In this document: one piece after another, positions 7,982 to 16,050 of the stretch | Position numbering within the stretch: the first letter of the stretch is position 1 | Layout: the number at the start of each line of letters is the position of its first letter | IMG/VR virus record: IMGVR_UViG_3300035327_000120 | Length of the DNA: 20,000 nucleotides | Reading direction: 5' to 3' (one strand) | Source of the DNA: an uncultured virus (IMG/VR IMGVR_UViG_3300035327_000120) | Lineage: Duplodnaviria > Heunggongvirae > Uroviricota > Caudoviricetes | The notes under the pieces: generated by a model | What the model saw: the letters and a program-made list of their open reading frames with translations, nothing else | The model's database searches: none | Told to the model about the DNA's origin: nothing | Position numbers and translations under genes: made by a program

Positions 7982-8401
7982 TCAGAGGTCATCAAACAAT
8001 GAGGGCGGCTCAATCTTCTCTGGCTTCTTGGGAGCAGGAGGAGTTGACACAAATTCTTTTATCTCTACCCCTGTCTGCTGTGTAAGATATTGAGCAAGCA
8101 GGTGCCTGTGGCAAAAGTCATCGGGCTTTTCATAGCAACATAAGGCCACATCAGAGCCGCCGCAGGTTCTCTCCAGTCTCTCTATAAACTCGTATGGGTC
8201 GAGCCGGGAGAGGATTTGCCGATATGCGTCAAGGTATTGCTGGTGTGATGCCTTTTTTACCATCCACGGTGTAGGCGCCACATCAGACATCACTACTGGC
8301 ACGGAAAGGAAGCGAGGCTGCCAACAGGCAATGCTCACAATCTTTATGCCCTCCTTTGCCAACGCTTTCGCATTGCCGAAATATGAAGTGTAGATTTTCA
8401 T
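7982..8401 (-). CDS. DUF488-family protein
   Basis: MKIYTSYF...VAPT...Y...Y..IL..LDP...DVALCCYEKPDDFCHRHLLA; ends in PSLFDDL. Confidence 0.85.
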   Translation of the reverse strand: MKIYTSYFGNAKALAKEGIKIVSIACWQPRFLSVPVVMSDVAPTPWMVKKASHQQYLDAYRQILSRLDPYEFIERLERTCGGSDVALCCYEKPDDFCHRHLLAQYLTQQTGVEIKEFVSTPPAPKKPEKIEPPSLFDDL

Positions 8402-8814
8402 GCTGATTTCTTTTTCGGGTTGATGTATTCCACGACGTCGAGGTGAAAGAGGGTCATGACTTTTTCTATGTTCCTGATCGGCATATTTCTGTATCCGTTG
8501 AAGAAAGCAGTCAGGCAGGTATTGTCGATATCGGTTTTCTCCGCAACCTCTTTCACTTTCATTCCAGATACAGCAAAATGCGATTTGAGAATTTCAGGCA
8601 GTTCCGAGGGAGGCAGAGCAGCACGGCCGGCGGTTTTTAAGCCGATAGACAATCCCAGTTCTTCCATTGCTTTGACAAACTTGGGATATGAGAGAGTACG
8701 AGAGCCATTGAGAAAAGCATTGAAATTGCTCGAAGCCACTCCAATAACCTTGCAAAACTCCCGCTGCTTAATGCCGGAGTCCTCCAACTTTTTTCTTATC
8801 GCTGTTCGTATCAT
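8398..8814 (-). CDS. Tandem XRE-type HTH transcriptional regulator, 138 aa
   Basis: Two HTH repeats (GIKQREFCKVIGVASSNFNAFLNGSR; GMKVKEVAEKTDIDNTCLTAFFNGYR). Start set at ATG 8814, just downstream of a consensus promoter. Confidence 0.85.
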   Translation of the reverse strand: MIRTAIRKKLEDSGIKQREFCKVIGVASSNFNAFLNGSRTLSYPKFVKAMEELGLSIGLKTAGRAALPPSELPEILKSHFAVSGMKVKEVAEKTDIDNTCLTAFFNGYRNMPIRNIEKVMTLFHLDVVEYINPKKKSA

Positions 8815-8835
8815 AGAGTCATTGATTTTATAGTG

Positions 8836-8867
8836 CAAAGTTAAGCAAATATTATCATTTTTACAAA
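8836..8867 (-). promoter_or_regulatory. Bacteroidetes sigma-A promoter for the modification/packaging operon
   Basis: Minus strand TTTG-N20-TAACTTTG fits the -33 TTTG / -7 TAnnTTTG consensus. Confidence 0.75.
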
Positions 8868-8951
8868 CTTTGCGTGTCTTATTTTCGTCGTTTCTAAACA
8901 ATATTTCCGAGGTTTTTGTTGGTGATTTATGAGTGCATAAGTTCTTCAAAA

Positions 8952-8983
8952 TTTGTTCTATTGCCGATTTTTGATTACTTTTG
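8952..8983 (+). promoter_or_regulatory. Bacteroidetes sigma-A promoter, plus strand, driving a small RNA
   Basis: TTTG (8952-8955)-N20-TACTTTTG (8976-8983); no credible plus-strand CDS follows. Confidence 0.75.
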
Positions 8984-9038
8984 CACTAAGTTTTATTCCG
9001 TAACAAAAGTCCTCTTACAGAGGCCATCTTTGTTTCAG

Positions 9039-9068
9039 GTTAAAACTTATTTGCTTATAAGCAAGTTT
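9039..9068. repeat. 30-bp repeat copy 1, GTTAAAACTTATTTGCTTATAAGCAAGTTT
   Basis: Identical to 18899-18928; contains the palindrome TTGCTTATAAGCAA. Confidence 0.95.
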
Positions 9069-9099
9069 GCCCGTGAGGGTCGACTTGCTTTCTTTGTTT
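9059..9099 (+). terminator. Intrinsic terminator
   Basis: AAGCAAGT-ttg-CCC-GTGA-GGG-tcg-ACTTGCTT with a GNRA loop, followed by TCTTTGTTT. Confidence 0.75.
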
Positions 9100-9144
9100 A
9101 TGGGGTGGAGAGTGGCAGAGTCTTTGCGGCTTTATCATGCCGGA

Positions 9145-9321
9145 TTACCGATTTACCCTTAAAAACCATTCTCGGTATTTCGACCATTGTCCGAGCAGCC
9201 AGTCGCACACTAAGTCCACCAGTATGAGGGGCAGAAGCACCGGGGAAAGTACGACAACTTGGAACATGAACAGGAGCTTTCGGACGCTCACATTCTTCTT
9301 GAGGATTATCTTTTTCTTCAT
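9145..9321 (-). CDS. Small predicted membrane protein, 58 aa
   Basis: Not in the ORF track. MKKKIILKKNVSVRKLLFMFQVVVLSPVLLPLILVDLVCDWLLGQWSKYREWFLRVNR; leader motif lies just upstream. Confidence 0.65.
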   Translation of the reverse strand: MKKKIILKKNVSVRKLLFMFQVVVLSPVLLPLILVDLVCDWLLGQWSKYREWFLRVNR

Positions 9322-9333
9322 CTTTGTATTGAG

Positions 9334-9350
9334 TTAAACTTATTTGCTTA
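9334..9350. repeat. Core motif copy, TTAAACTTATTTGCTTA
   Basis: 12 nt upstream of ATG 9321. Confidence 0.85.
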
Positions 9351-9368
9351 CTTGTTAGATCTGATGGA

Positions 9369-9494
9369 CTATCGCCGGTTGCTTTTATCCCACATGGGTT
9401 CTACAAACGTCGCTATCACCACGAGCAGCCCTACCCACAACAGGAGTAATATTGTGAGCAGCAAACTCGCTATTTTCTTCCATATAGTCCTCAT
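9369..9494 (-). CDS. Small single-TM peptide, 41 aa
   Basis: Not in the ORF track. MRTIWKKIASLLLTILLLLWVGLLVVIATFVEPMWDKSNRR; ATGA overlap with 9491..9838. Confidence 0.6.
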   Translation of the reverse strand: MRTIWKKIASLLLTILLLLWVGLLVVIATFVEPMWDKSNRR

Positions 9495-9838
9495 ATCGTA
9501 TCTTCTTGGCCTTTCAATCTTTCAACAACCCAAACCGCAAATTCAGCCTGCCTCTTTTCTGCCTCTTCCATTGACAGGTTGAGTGTACCGGTAAGATGCT
9601 CCCAGCCTCGCACCGTTAAAACGGGGTCGCCGTTGATGCAGATTTCAGAGAAATTGACCCCGACATCAGCCTTCTTGGTCGGTTTGCTCTCGCCGTTGAT
9701 GAGTTGAACAATCCGGTTCATCATTTCACGCGGATAGTACCTGCAATTAGCAGCCATAAGGCACATTACACCGTCGGCCGAGTAAATGAACGCACCGTCA
9801 GCCCTAAATGGAGGTTTGAATATATCAGTAACTTTCAT
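9491..9838 (-). CDS. Hypothetical phage protein
   Basis: 115 aa; FKPPF...VRGWEHLTG motif; ATGA-coupled at both ends. Confidence 0.7.
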   Translation of the reverse strand: MKVTDIFKPPFRADGAFIYSADGVMCLMAANCRYYPREMMNRIVQLINGESKPTKKADVGVNFSEICINGDPVLTVRGWEHLTGTLNLSMEEAEKRQAEFAVWVVERLKGQEDTI

Positions 9839-10152
9839 TCTTTTTCTTCGTTTACCTGTTTAACAAAATCCTCACCTCGCATCATGTCCGATATTACGTC
9901 ATCGAAAGAAGCTTGCGTCCCGTTGATGTAGTATTGAATATCAAGCATGAGTTTCTGTCGACCGTATGCCTCGAACATTTTTATTCCAGTAGGGATATTA
10001 CAATTAAACTCAAACTCCATATCGGCACTCCGGGCAATCCTATCAAGCACCCTCTTAATCTGCACTGCAACCGTGTATGGGTGCGAGGGGGAGCAAAAGG
10101 GAATATCCGTTCCAGTCATCACTTTTACTGTCTTGATTTTCGAGGGCTTCAT
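9835..10152 (-). CDS. Hypothetical protein (start ATG 10152, or 10227)
   Basis: ORF coupled to the downstream gene; the N-terminal extension covers AT-rich, intergenic-looking sequence. Confidence 0.6.
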   Translation of the reverse strand: MKPSKIKTVKVMTGTDIPFCSPSHPYTVAVQIKRVLDRIARSADMEFEFNCNIPTGIKMFEAYGRQKLMLDIQYYINGTQASFDDVISDMMRGEDFVKQVNEEKE

Positions 10153-10219
10153 GGGAGGATTGTTTTCGTTGTGCCGATATGGCGATTGTTTATCATATAT
10201 ACAAATTTTGCAAAATAAA

Positions 10220-11527
10220 TTATGCAACTTTCCGGAACAGTCCGATGTTCTCTCTAACCAGACTCAATATCTGGTCATGGTACGGGGTTGACTGATTGCA
10301 CTTACCACGCGACTGAATGACCTCAAAGGTCCGCAATGAGAGTTCAATCGTTTCAAGGCGGTTGCCGTCCTTATCACGAGCAGACAGGATTATGCAGTCA
10401 GGTCGTTTGTAGTAGCCGGCGTTGTAAACGCAATGGTGCATAGCTGCCCCTTCTTCCGCCATATCAGCAACAGAGGTAATCACGGCAATCTGTATGTTCT
10501 CATCGCCAAAACATATGCCGAAATAAGCCCCTTTCTCTTTCTTATACTCGGCCTCCCATTTGATGGCGTTTCTCTTTTGTTCCTCGGCTCTACGTTTAGC
10601 CTCTACCTTTTCCTTTCGTTTGTGGAGCCGGTCATGTTCCGCCTTTAAGTTCTTAGGGCAGACATAGTGGGCATTGTGGGTGTCGAGGTGAAAATACTCC
10701 AGTAGGTCGATATAATCAGTCCACATAGAGCCGTCCTTAACCTTATAGCCGTTGCGGTTGCATATTTTGATAGCATGGAGGTATCTGTGGCAGGAGCTTC
10801 CTCGCTTGTATTTAAAATAGTTCAGAAGCCCGTATTGGCCGGTTTTGACCAAGAACTCCGCTTCGGGGTCTTTCAACAGCGCAAGCATCAGGCGACAGGG
10901 CGGCATACCTTTCTTGGTAGCATTGAGGTTAAACCCATTGCGCTTGAATATCGGGAGAACGCTATATTCGGGATAGATATAATCAGCCCAAATATTGTAT
11001 TTCTGACCATCGTAGTCGTACCATGAATGATGCCGTGTTCTGATTTCCAAAGGTCGCCACAAGTCCCACGAGTCGCCTCCGTGCAAGGTACAAGCTCGTG
11101 CCACTATGACCTCTGTTCCGTCTGCCTTTAACCACATTTGGACTACCTCGGTAATGTGAGAATTTACCTCATATCCCTTTCTCACATTCCAGTAACACAG
11201 GAAATGCCTCACTACCTGCCAGTCTTGACAAGTGGTCAGAATGGTAAAGTATCTTTTGTCAGGACTTTTCTTTTTGGTACTACGCTGTATCTTGAGCTTC
11301 GCGCCGCAGTGAGGACAGATGTATTCGTCGCCATTATTAGGTCGAGCTATCGGATCGGGATTTCCTGACACTTGCCCGCAGTTCGTACACCATATTTCAC
11401 CCACGCTGAAATAGCCGATATACTCATGGCTGTGTGCGAAAGCGTATTGCTCTTGTTTGGCTGTGATAGGTGGCAATGTGGGGAACAAAGCAGCCACCTC
11501 TCGTTGTATCTTTGTCCGTGGTCTCAT
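10220..11527 (-). CDS. PcfJ-like domain protein
   Basis: Zn-finger C..C...CPHCG, W.DYIDLL, PKNLKAEHD, EEGAAMHHCV..Y, ILSAR...ETIEL..VIQSRGKCN. Confidence 0.9.
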   Translation of the reverse strand: MRPRTKIQREVAALFPTLPPITAKQEQYAFAHSHEYIGYFSVGEIWCTNCGQVSGNPDPIARPNNGDEYICPHCGAKLKIQRSTKKKSPDKRYFTILTTCQDWQVVRHFLCYWNVRKGYEVNSHITEVVQMWLKADGTEVIVARACTLHGGDSWDLWRPLEIRTRHHSWYDYDGQKYNIWADYIYPEYSVLPIFKRNGFNLNATKKGMPPCRLMLALLKDPEAEFLVKTGQYGLLNYFKYKRGSSCHRYLHAIKICNRNGYKVKDGSMWTDYIDLLEYFHLDTHNAHYVCPKNLKAEHDRLHKRKEKVEAKRRAEEQKRNAIKWEAEYKKEKGAYFGICFGDENIQIAVITSVADMAEEGAAMHHCVYNAGYYKRPDCIILSARDKDGNRLETIELSLRTFEVIQSRGKCNQSTPYHDQILSLVRENIGLFRKVA

Positions 11528-12111
11528 TCTTCGTCCTCCATTCCAAAGTCAAACAATGAGGGGACGGTTGACTCCGGCTCTTTCTTTTTCGCCTCCGGCT
11601 TCTTGGCTTTCGGTTTCGGAGAAGATGCCTTATCAGAGGACACATCGGCGGCCCATTCAAGACGGCGCTTTTCTTCTGCTTCAAATTGAGCCAGCGCACG
11701 GGCCTTTGCTGCGGCCTTCTCCTCCTCGGTCAACTGGATTGCATGGTTAACCACCACTTTAGCGTTGGCCGTTGGAATTGTGCCGAGGTCATTCTCATCG
11801 TAGTAATGAACTGCCATGCCGAAAATTTCATCATCAGCAAAACCGCATCGGCCCGATTTCCTGACCTCGGAAATGATGTAGTTGCAGCACTCCCTGATTG
11901 ATTTCTTTTCTTTCGCATAACTCTTGGCAAAGAGCTCATCTTCAGCAGCTCGTTTGTCAAGGTATGCCTTGATAGTTCTCTGGAACTCATCAATTTTTTT
12001 CTCACCCTTTTGGGGTTCTTCTGTGGCCTCTGCTTGAGGCTCTTCCTGTTGTGTGGTCTGGAGGGTATCTTCTTTGATTTCCTCTACTGACTGTTTAAGT
12101 TCTTCTGCCAT
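11524..12111 (-). CDS. PcfK-like protein (family that includes AcrIIA9)
   Basis: FQRTIKAYLDKRAAEDELFA..YAKEKKSIRECCNYI..EV....GFADDEIFGMAVHYYDE; ends PSLFDF; directly upstream of PcfJ. Confidence 0.88.
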   Translation of the reverse strand: MAEELKQSVEEIKEDTLQTTQQEEPQAEATEEPQKGEKKIDEFQRTIKAYLDKRAAEDELFAKSYAKEKKSIRECCNYIISEVRKSGRCGFADDEIFGMAVHYYDENDLGTIPTANAKVVVNHAIQLTEEEKAAAKARALAQFEAEEKRRLEWAADVSSDKASSPKPKAKKPEAKKKEPESTVPSLFDFGMEDEE

Positions 12112-12113
12112 GT

Positions 12114-12332
12114 TTATTCCGTTTTAGTTTTGTCGTTTACAATATTGAATGAGGTGCAGACATAATCGCCGGAGTCAAGCACGATTTCTTCCTCTCGATA
12201 CAGCCTCGATATTTCGGCGATTGCCATGTTATCCGAATTAGGAGTATCGGGCACCTCTACAGTTACGACCCGTCGGAGAGTTTCTACTATCTCCACCTGA
12301 TATTTACGGGTCTTTGATGTCGTTTCAGTCAT
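12114..12332 (-). CDS. DpnD/PcfM-like small protein
   Basis: KYQVEIVETLRRVVTVE...AI..I...Y..EEIVLDSGDY..TSF. Confidence 0.8.
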   Translation of the reverse strand: MTETTSKTRKYQVEIVETLRRVVTVEVPDTPNSDNMAIAEISRLYREEEIVLDSGDYVCTSFNIVNDKTKTE

Positions 12333-12335
12333 TGT

Positions 12336-12350
12336 AACTTATTTGCTTAT
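12336..12350. repeat. Core motif copy, AACTTATTTGCTTAT
   Basis: 3 nt upstream of ATG 12332. Confidence 0.85.
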
Positions 12351-12373
12351 GTTTGAGATTTAGGGATAGCCAG

Positions 12374-12583
12374 TTAAGCAGCCACCCATTTGTGGCCGGG
12401 ATTGAGGCATTCAAGACGTGCAATCACGTCATCAGCGCATTTTTCATGACCGACATACTCATAGTAGTTCGGTTTGGCATATCGCTCACCATTCTTCTTA
12501 ATGGGATAGAGGTACACGTCCAGTTTGTCGATATTGGCCATGTGTTTGTGATATGCAATACCGGTGAGATTACTTGCGTTCAT
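12374..12583 (-). CDS. Hypothetical protein, 69 aa
   Basis: ORF with an AT-rich leader and its own promoter candidate. Confidence 0.7.
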   Translation of the reverse strand: MNASNLTGIAYHKHMANIDKLDVYLYPIKKNGERYAKPNYYEYVGHEKCADDVIARLECLNPGHKWVAA

Positions 12584-12623
12584 TGTTATTTTGATTTAGA
12601 TGTTTTTGTTTTATTTGATAGTA

Positions 12624-12655
12624 CAAAACTAATCAAAAATTATCTTTTATACAAG
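12624..12655 (-). promoter_or_regulatory. Bacteroidetes promoter candidate
   Basis: Minus strand CTTG-N20-TAGTTTTG upstream of ATG 12583. Confidence 0.6.
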
Positions 12656-12707
12656 TTTTTGAGTAAATATTTTGGGCTTAAATGCTTGCAAATCTGATTT
12701 TTAACTT

Positions 12708-13490
12708 TTACTTGCCAAACAGCGTTTCTTTAACCGTTTGGACGATGCCATGTTTCTTGCGAGTGGGTTCTTCTCTCAATCTGTCTAATGATGATTTCAG
12801 GAATGATGCCTTTTCCTTATCCTCATCAGACAGGCCGTCATACCAGTCATCGAAAGAAATGGCGTTTTTCCTTGACTCTTCCCATTCTCTATCCCGGCGC
12901 TCCTTTTCTTCTTTCTCCCATGCCCGATTGATGTCATATTTCCTATCCTCGTAGAATGACTCCAGAGATTTCGTAATCTGCATCGGGTCGATATTGCCGT
13001 AGAATGTTTCATATTTGCCACTGCGGAGCCGAGAACAGAAGCAGATAAACTCCAGTACGTTCAGGTCGCCGTATTCCATAGCAATCTGGTCGCAGAGTTC
13101 GTCCATCTGCCAATCTTCCATTTTGGTCTTGACACCCACGAAATCGCTTACCCCCAAGAGGTGTGTCTTAATCAGGACACGGCTAACATACTCTATTCCC
13201 CACGCCTGTTCAAGCATACAGAGTGTGGGAGTTTCTTTAACATTGTTCAGAATGGAGAGGTCTCTGCACTGTATCAACTCTTTCTGTAAGTCTATCCCAT
13301 AAATTAGGGATATTTCAGTCGGTCGATGTTCAGTCCTTAGAGCCAACGCCCGTGGAGATATATCCTCCTTGCTCTGACTCAATCTTTGCGAGTGTAGTAA
13401 GGACAGACAATTTTTGACGCTGGCTTGCAGTGGTCGGTGTATATCCACCTCCGCTGATTGGCGAGTTGCCGGAGTTTTCGATACTTCCAT
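12708..13490 (-). CDS. Replication accessory protein (possible helicase loader / DUF6633-like)
   Basis: Follows the initiator; YGDLNVLEFICFCSRLRSGKYETFYGNIDPMQI motif. Start uncertain because it overlaps the initiator by 161 nt. Confidence 0.6.
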   Translation of the reverse strand: MEVSKTPATRQSAEVDIHRPLQASVKNCLSLLHSQRLSQSKEDISPRALALRTEHRPTEISLIYGIDLQKELIQCRDLSILNNVKETPTLCMLEQAWGIEYVSRVLIKTHLLGVSDFVGVKTKMEDWQMDELCDQIAMEYGDLNVLEFICFCSRLRSGKYETFYGNIDPMQITKSLESFYEDRKYDINRAWEKEEKERRDREWEESRKNAISFDDWYDGLSDEDKEKASFLKSSLDRLREEPTRKKHGIVQTVKETLFGK

Positions 13491-14301
13491 GTGTAGGTTG
13501 TAATGTCGTTATAGGTTTTCTGTCATCATATTTTCCTTCGAGGATTTTAAGCCAATTCGTACTGTTGTTGAATATCCAGTCAAAATCAGCCCGCCACCCC
13601 CTGTTGTTATCGCCTCGCATAAACGAAGATGCTTCGGCCTTATCAAATACCTGTTGCAGGGTTTCATAATCAAATCTCATTTCTTCAAAACGCACACGGA
13701 TTTTCATCTTGCGTTTATCAGACAATTTCAAAACTTTTGGCAACGAGGGGCAACGGTCATGGTAGAGCCGGAGGACAAAATCACAATCAACGTCCGGCTT
13801 CTTAGGCTTAGCCGGCGGTAGAGCAGGAGTGTCAGGAACCTGCAACTCTTCCACGATAGCATCTTCAACCAACGCCTCCGTTTCAGGTTCAATGACCTGC
13901 GACGGAGGTACAGCTTCATTTGCCGGATACATTTCAACTGAAACATTGTCGGCCGGCATTTCTAATCCCTGATACTTTTCCCAATTCAGGATTGTTATTC
14001 GTGTAACTACATTGTCTGCCTTGACCGACACTCGCCCGTCTTTAATCATTTCTCTCAATCTTGCCCGAACCGTATTCACTGCCAAATTCCAGCGTTTGCT
14101 AATATCAGTTAGGGGCATAGCTACCTGACCACGACCAACTACAACCTCAATGCCTCGGATAAAGAACGTGCGCTCCTTGCGCCATTCGGCGAGGAGCAAC
14201 AAATCAATCCAACACATGGCTTTGGTAAACTTTTCACCCAAATACCATTGTTCCTGCAATATCTTTCGGGATAACTTTATCCACCCGGTTATTTCGTCCA
14301 T
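13330..14301 (-). CDS. Phage replication initiator / replisome organiser
   Basis: N-term GWIKLSRKI...WIDLLLLA...RGQ wHTH; C-term WRADFDWIF....KILEGKY. Confidence 0.8.
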   Translation of the reverse strand: MDEITGWIKLSRKILQEQWYLGEKFTKAMCWIDLLLLAEWRKERTFFIRGIEVVVGRGQVAMPLTDISKRWNLAVNTVRARLREMIKDGRVSVKADNVVTRITILNWEKYQGLEMPADNVSVEMYPANEAVPPSQVIEPETEALVEDAIVEELQVPDTPALPPAKPKKPDVDCDFVLRLYHDRCPSLPKVLKLSDKRKMKIRVRFEEMRFDYETLQQVFDKAEASSFMRGDNNRGWRADFDWIFNNSTNWLKILEGKYDDRKPITTLQPTHGSIENSGNSPISGGGYTPTTASQRQKLSVLTTLAKIESEQGGYISTGVGSKD

Positions 14302-14323
14302 AGCCGTTGTCGTTTTGTCATGG

Positions 14324-14779
14324 TCAGTCGGTACTAAGGTAATCTGTAACTACCTTTTCAAACTCTTCAAAGGAATAGCAGACAACCCATAAATTGCCAT
14401 GCTTAATAGCGTTGGCTCCCCATTCCTCTTGTGCCGGAGATATTCGACCACCGGGCTTCTTCATTTCAATATATAGGGCGCCGTAGCCTTTTCTGGGTAC
14501 GGAGAGGCAGAGGTCAGCAACCCCTTTCCTCAACCCCTCTCTCTTTATGCGCCTGCCTTGACCGCCGGGCCGTATGCCTTCATTGGCATTATGGTAAAGC
14601 ATACCGTCGCGCCATAATTCAGGATATGTGTATTGAAACCACTGAATACACTTTTGCTGTATTTGGCTTTCAGACTCCATGCTCTGAACGAGTTTTTTAG
14701 AGGTAATAGCACTTGTGTCTTTGCCTGATATTATTGCGTCCAATAAACGCCGATTGTATGTATTGCGTGCCATAGTCAA
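14324..14779 (-). CDS. VRR-NUC domain nuclease (Holliday junction resolvase-like)
   Basis: ESQIQQKCIQWF...H.ANEG...EGLRKGVADL...LYIEMKKPGGRISPAQEEW. Confidence 0.9.
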   Translation of the reverse strand: MTMARNTYNRRLLDAIISGKDTSAITSKKLVQSMESESQIQQKCIQWFQYTYPELWRDGMLYHNANEGIRPGGQGRRIKREGLRKGVADLCLSVPRKGYGALYIEMKKPGGRISPAQEEWGANAIKHGNLWVVCYSFEEFEKVVTDYLSTD

Positions 14780-16050
14780 AAATAAACATTAGTAAGCTGC
14801 CTCTCCTGATTATCAGGACAGCCAGTAATAATATATTCTTCGGCCCTGTATTGCTGGAGGTGCAAATCCTCAACCCTGCCAAATCTTTTATAATTGCCGC
14901 AGAGGTCAACAATCCATGCCGACTCTTTATCCGGGTGTGGTCTTATGGCACGACCGACAATCTGATAGTACAATGCTAACGACATCGTAGGCCGAGCCAT
15001 AACAACTGTGTCAAGTTCAGGATAATCGAAGCCGGTAGTCAGAACACCTACATTCGTAACTACTTTAATCTTACCAGCTTTGAACTCCTTGAGTATTCTC
15101 TCTCGTTCCTTCTTGGGTGTAGAGCCAGTGATGATTGCACACCCCTCAACATATTCGCATAAAAGTTCCGACTCTTCAATAAAGCGTGTAAAAACGAGTA
15201 TTCCTTTTCGAGGTCGACCGTCCTTTGGGTGCTGGAGTCTGCGGACAATGTTAATCAAGTGGGTACTTAAATTGCGCTGGTCATATTGCGCTTTAAGAGC
15301 GTCATCGTCAAAATCCATGCCGGTACTGTTGCGCTTCAACGAAGCATGGGTCATTATTGACAAATCGAAATAGCGGAGCGTAGCGAGGTAGCCGCGTTGG
15401 AGCAGCGTCGATATGTCGACCTGATAAATGACATCATGGAAGATGCGAGGGCGCATACGAGTGAGGAATTTCAGAATACACTTATTCTCCATTCGTATTT
15501 GTCGGCTCGCTATTCTTTGGTCGAACTCCAGACTTTTTTCCTCATCTTTGGGCCGAAAGACCTGCTTGCCCTCCCAATCCAAATATTGTAATGAGGCATA
15601 GAGCCGATAAGGTGTCGCAGTCAGTCCGAGTATCTTTCTTTCGGCACAATCAAAGAATGTACGATACATACCACCCTGCGGATTGCAAGTATGGCATTCG
15701 TCAACTATGATATACCGAAAATGGTTGAAATCCTCCATATGCGCTTTCACGCTTCCTATGGTGGCAAAGGTTATTCTGCTTATCTCTTTTCTCCTAAATG
15801 AAGCCGAGTATATCGAGCAATCCTCAACACCATAACTTTTCAGCTTGGCGTAGTTCTGCTCAAGTATCTCTTTGCTTGGCTGAAATACTAATACGTTACC
15901 GTCAAGCCTATGTGCTATATCTGCTATACAAAGCGATTTCCCACTGCCAGTTGGCAGAATGAGCAAACCGTTCCTATCAGAGCCACTCCTGAAGAAACGT
16001 ATCGAGGCATCGCTTGCCTCCTGCTGGTAATCGCGTAATTGGTATATCAT
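14776..16050 (-). CDS. SF2 DEAD/DEAH-box helicase
   Basis: LRDYQ, LPTGSGKS, IIVDECH, GLTATP, VLTTGFDYP, QIVGRAIR. Confidence 0.95.
   Translation of the reverse strand: MIYQLRDYQQEASDASIRFFRSGSDRNGLLILPTGSGKSLCIADIAHRLDGNVLVFQPSKEILEQNYAKLKSYGVEDCSIYSASFRRKEISRITFATIGSVKAHMEDFNHFRYIIVDECHTCNPQGGMYRTFFDCAERKILGLTATPYRLYASLQYLDWEGKQVFRPKDEEKSLEFDQRIASRQIRMENKCILKFLTRMRPRIFHDVIYQVDISTLLQRGYLATLRYFDLSIMTHASLKRNSTGMDFDDDALKAQYDQRNLSTHLINIVRRLQHPKDGRPRKGILVFTRFIEESELLCEYVEGCAIITGSTPKKERERILKEFKAGKIKVVTNVGVLTTGFDYPELDTVVMARPTMSLALYYQIVGRAIRPHPDKESAWIVDLCGNYKRFGRVEDLHLQQYRAEEYIITGCPDNQERQLTNVYF

Larger units (their letters stand above)
8989..9099 (+). ncRNA. Candidate ~110 nt antisense small RNA
   Basis: Lies between a consensus promoter and an intrinsic terminator. 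Has hairpin CCTCT-tac-AGAGG (9011-9023) and a 30-nt exact copy of 18899-18928. The 5' end is estimated. Confidence 0.6.

Noticed and set aside
8815..8949. 45 aa N-terminal extension of the HTH ORF
   Set aside because: It covers a consensus promoter; the HTH starts at ATG 8814.
8986..9027. 13 aa minus-strand mini-ORF (MASVRGLLLRNKT) behind the repeat motif
   Set aside because: Too short to support; the plus-strand promoter and terminator explain the region better. Not fully excluded.
13944..14020. ACATTGTC(G/T)GCC twice in the initiator gene as origin iterons
   Set aside because: Only two short copies, explained by a repeated ADNV peptide.
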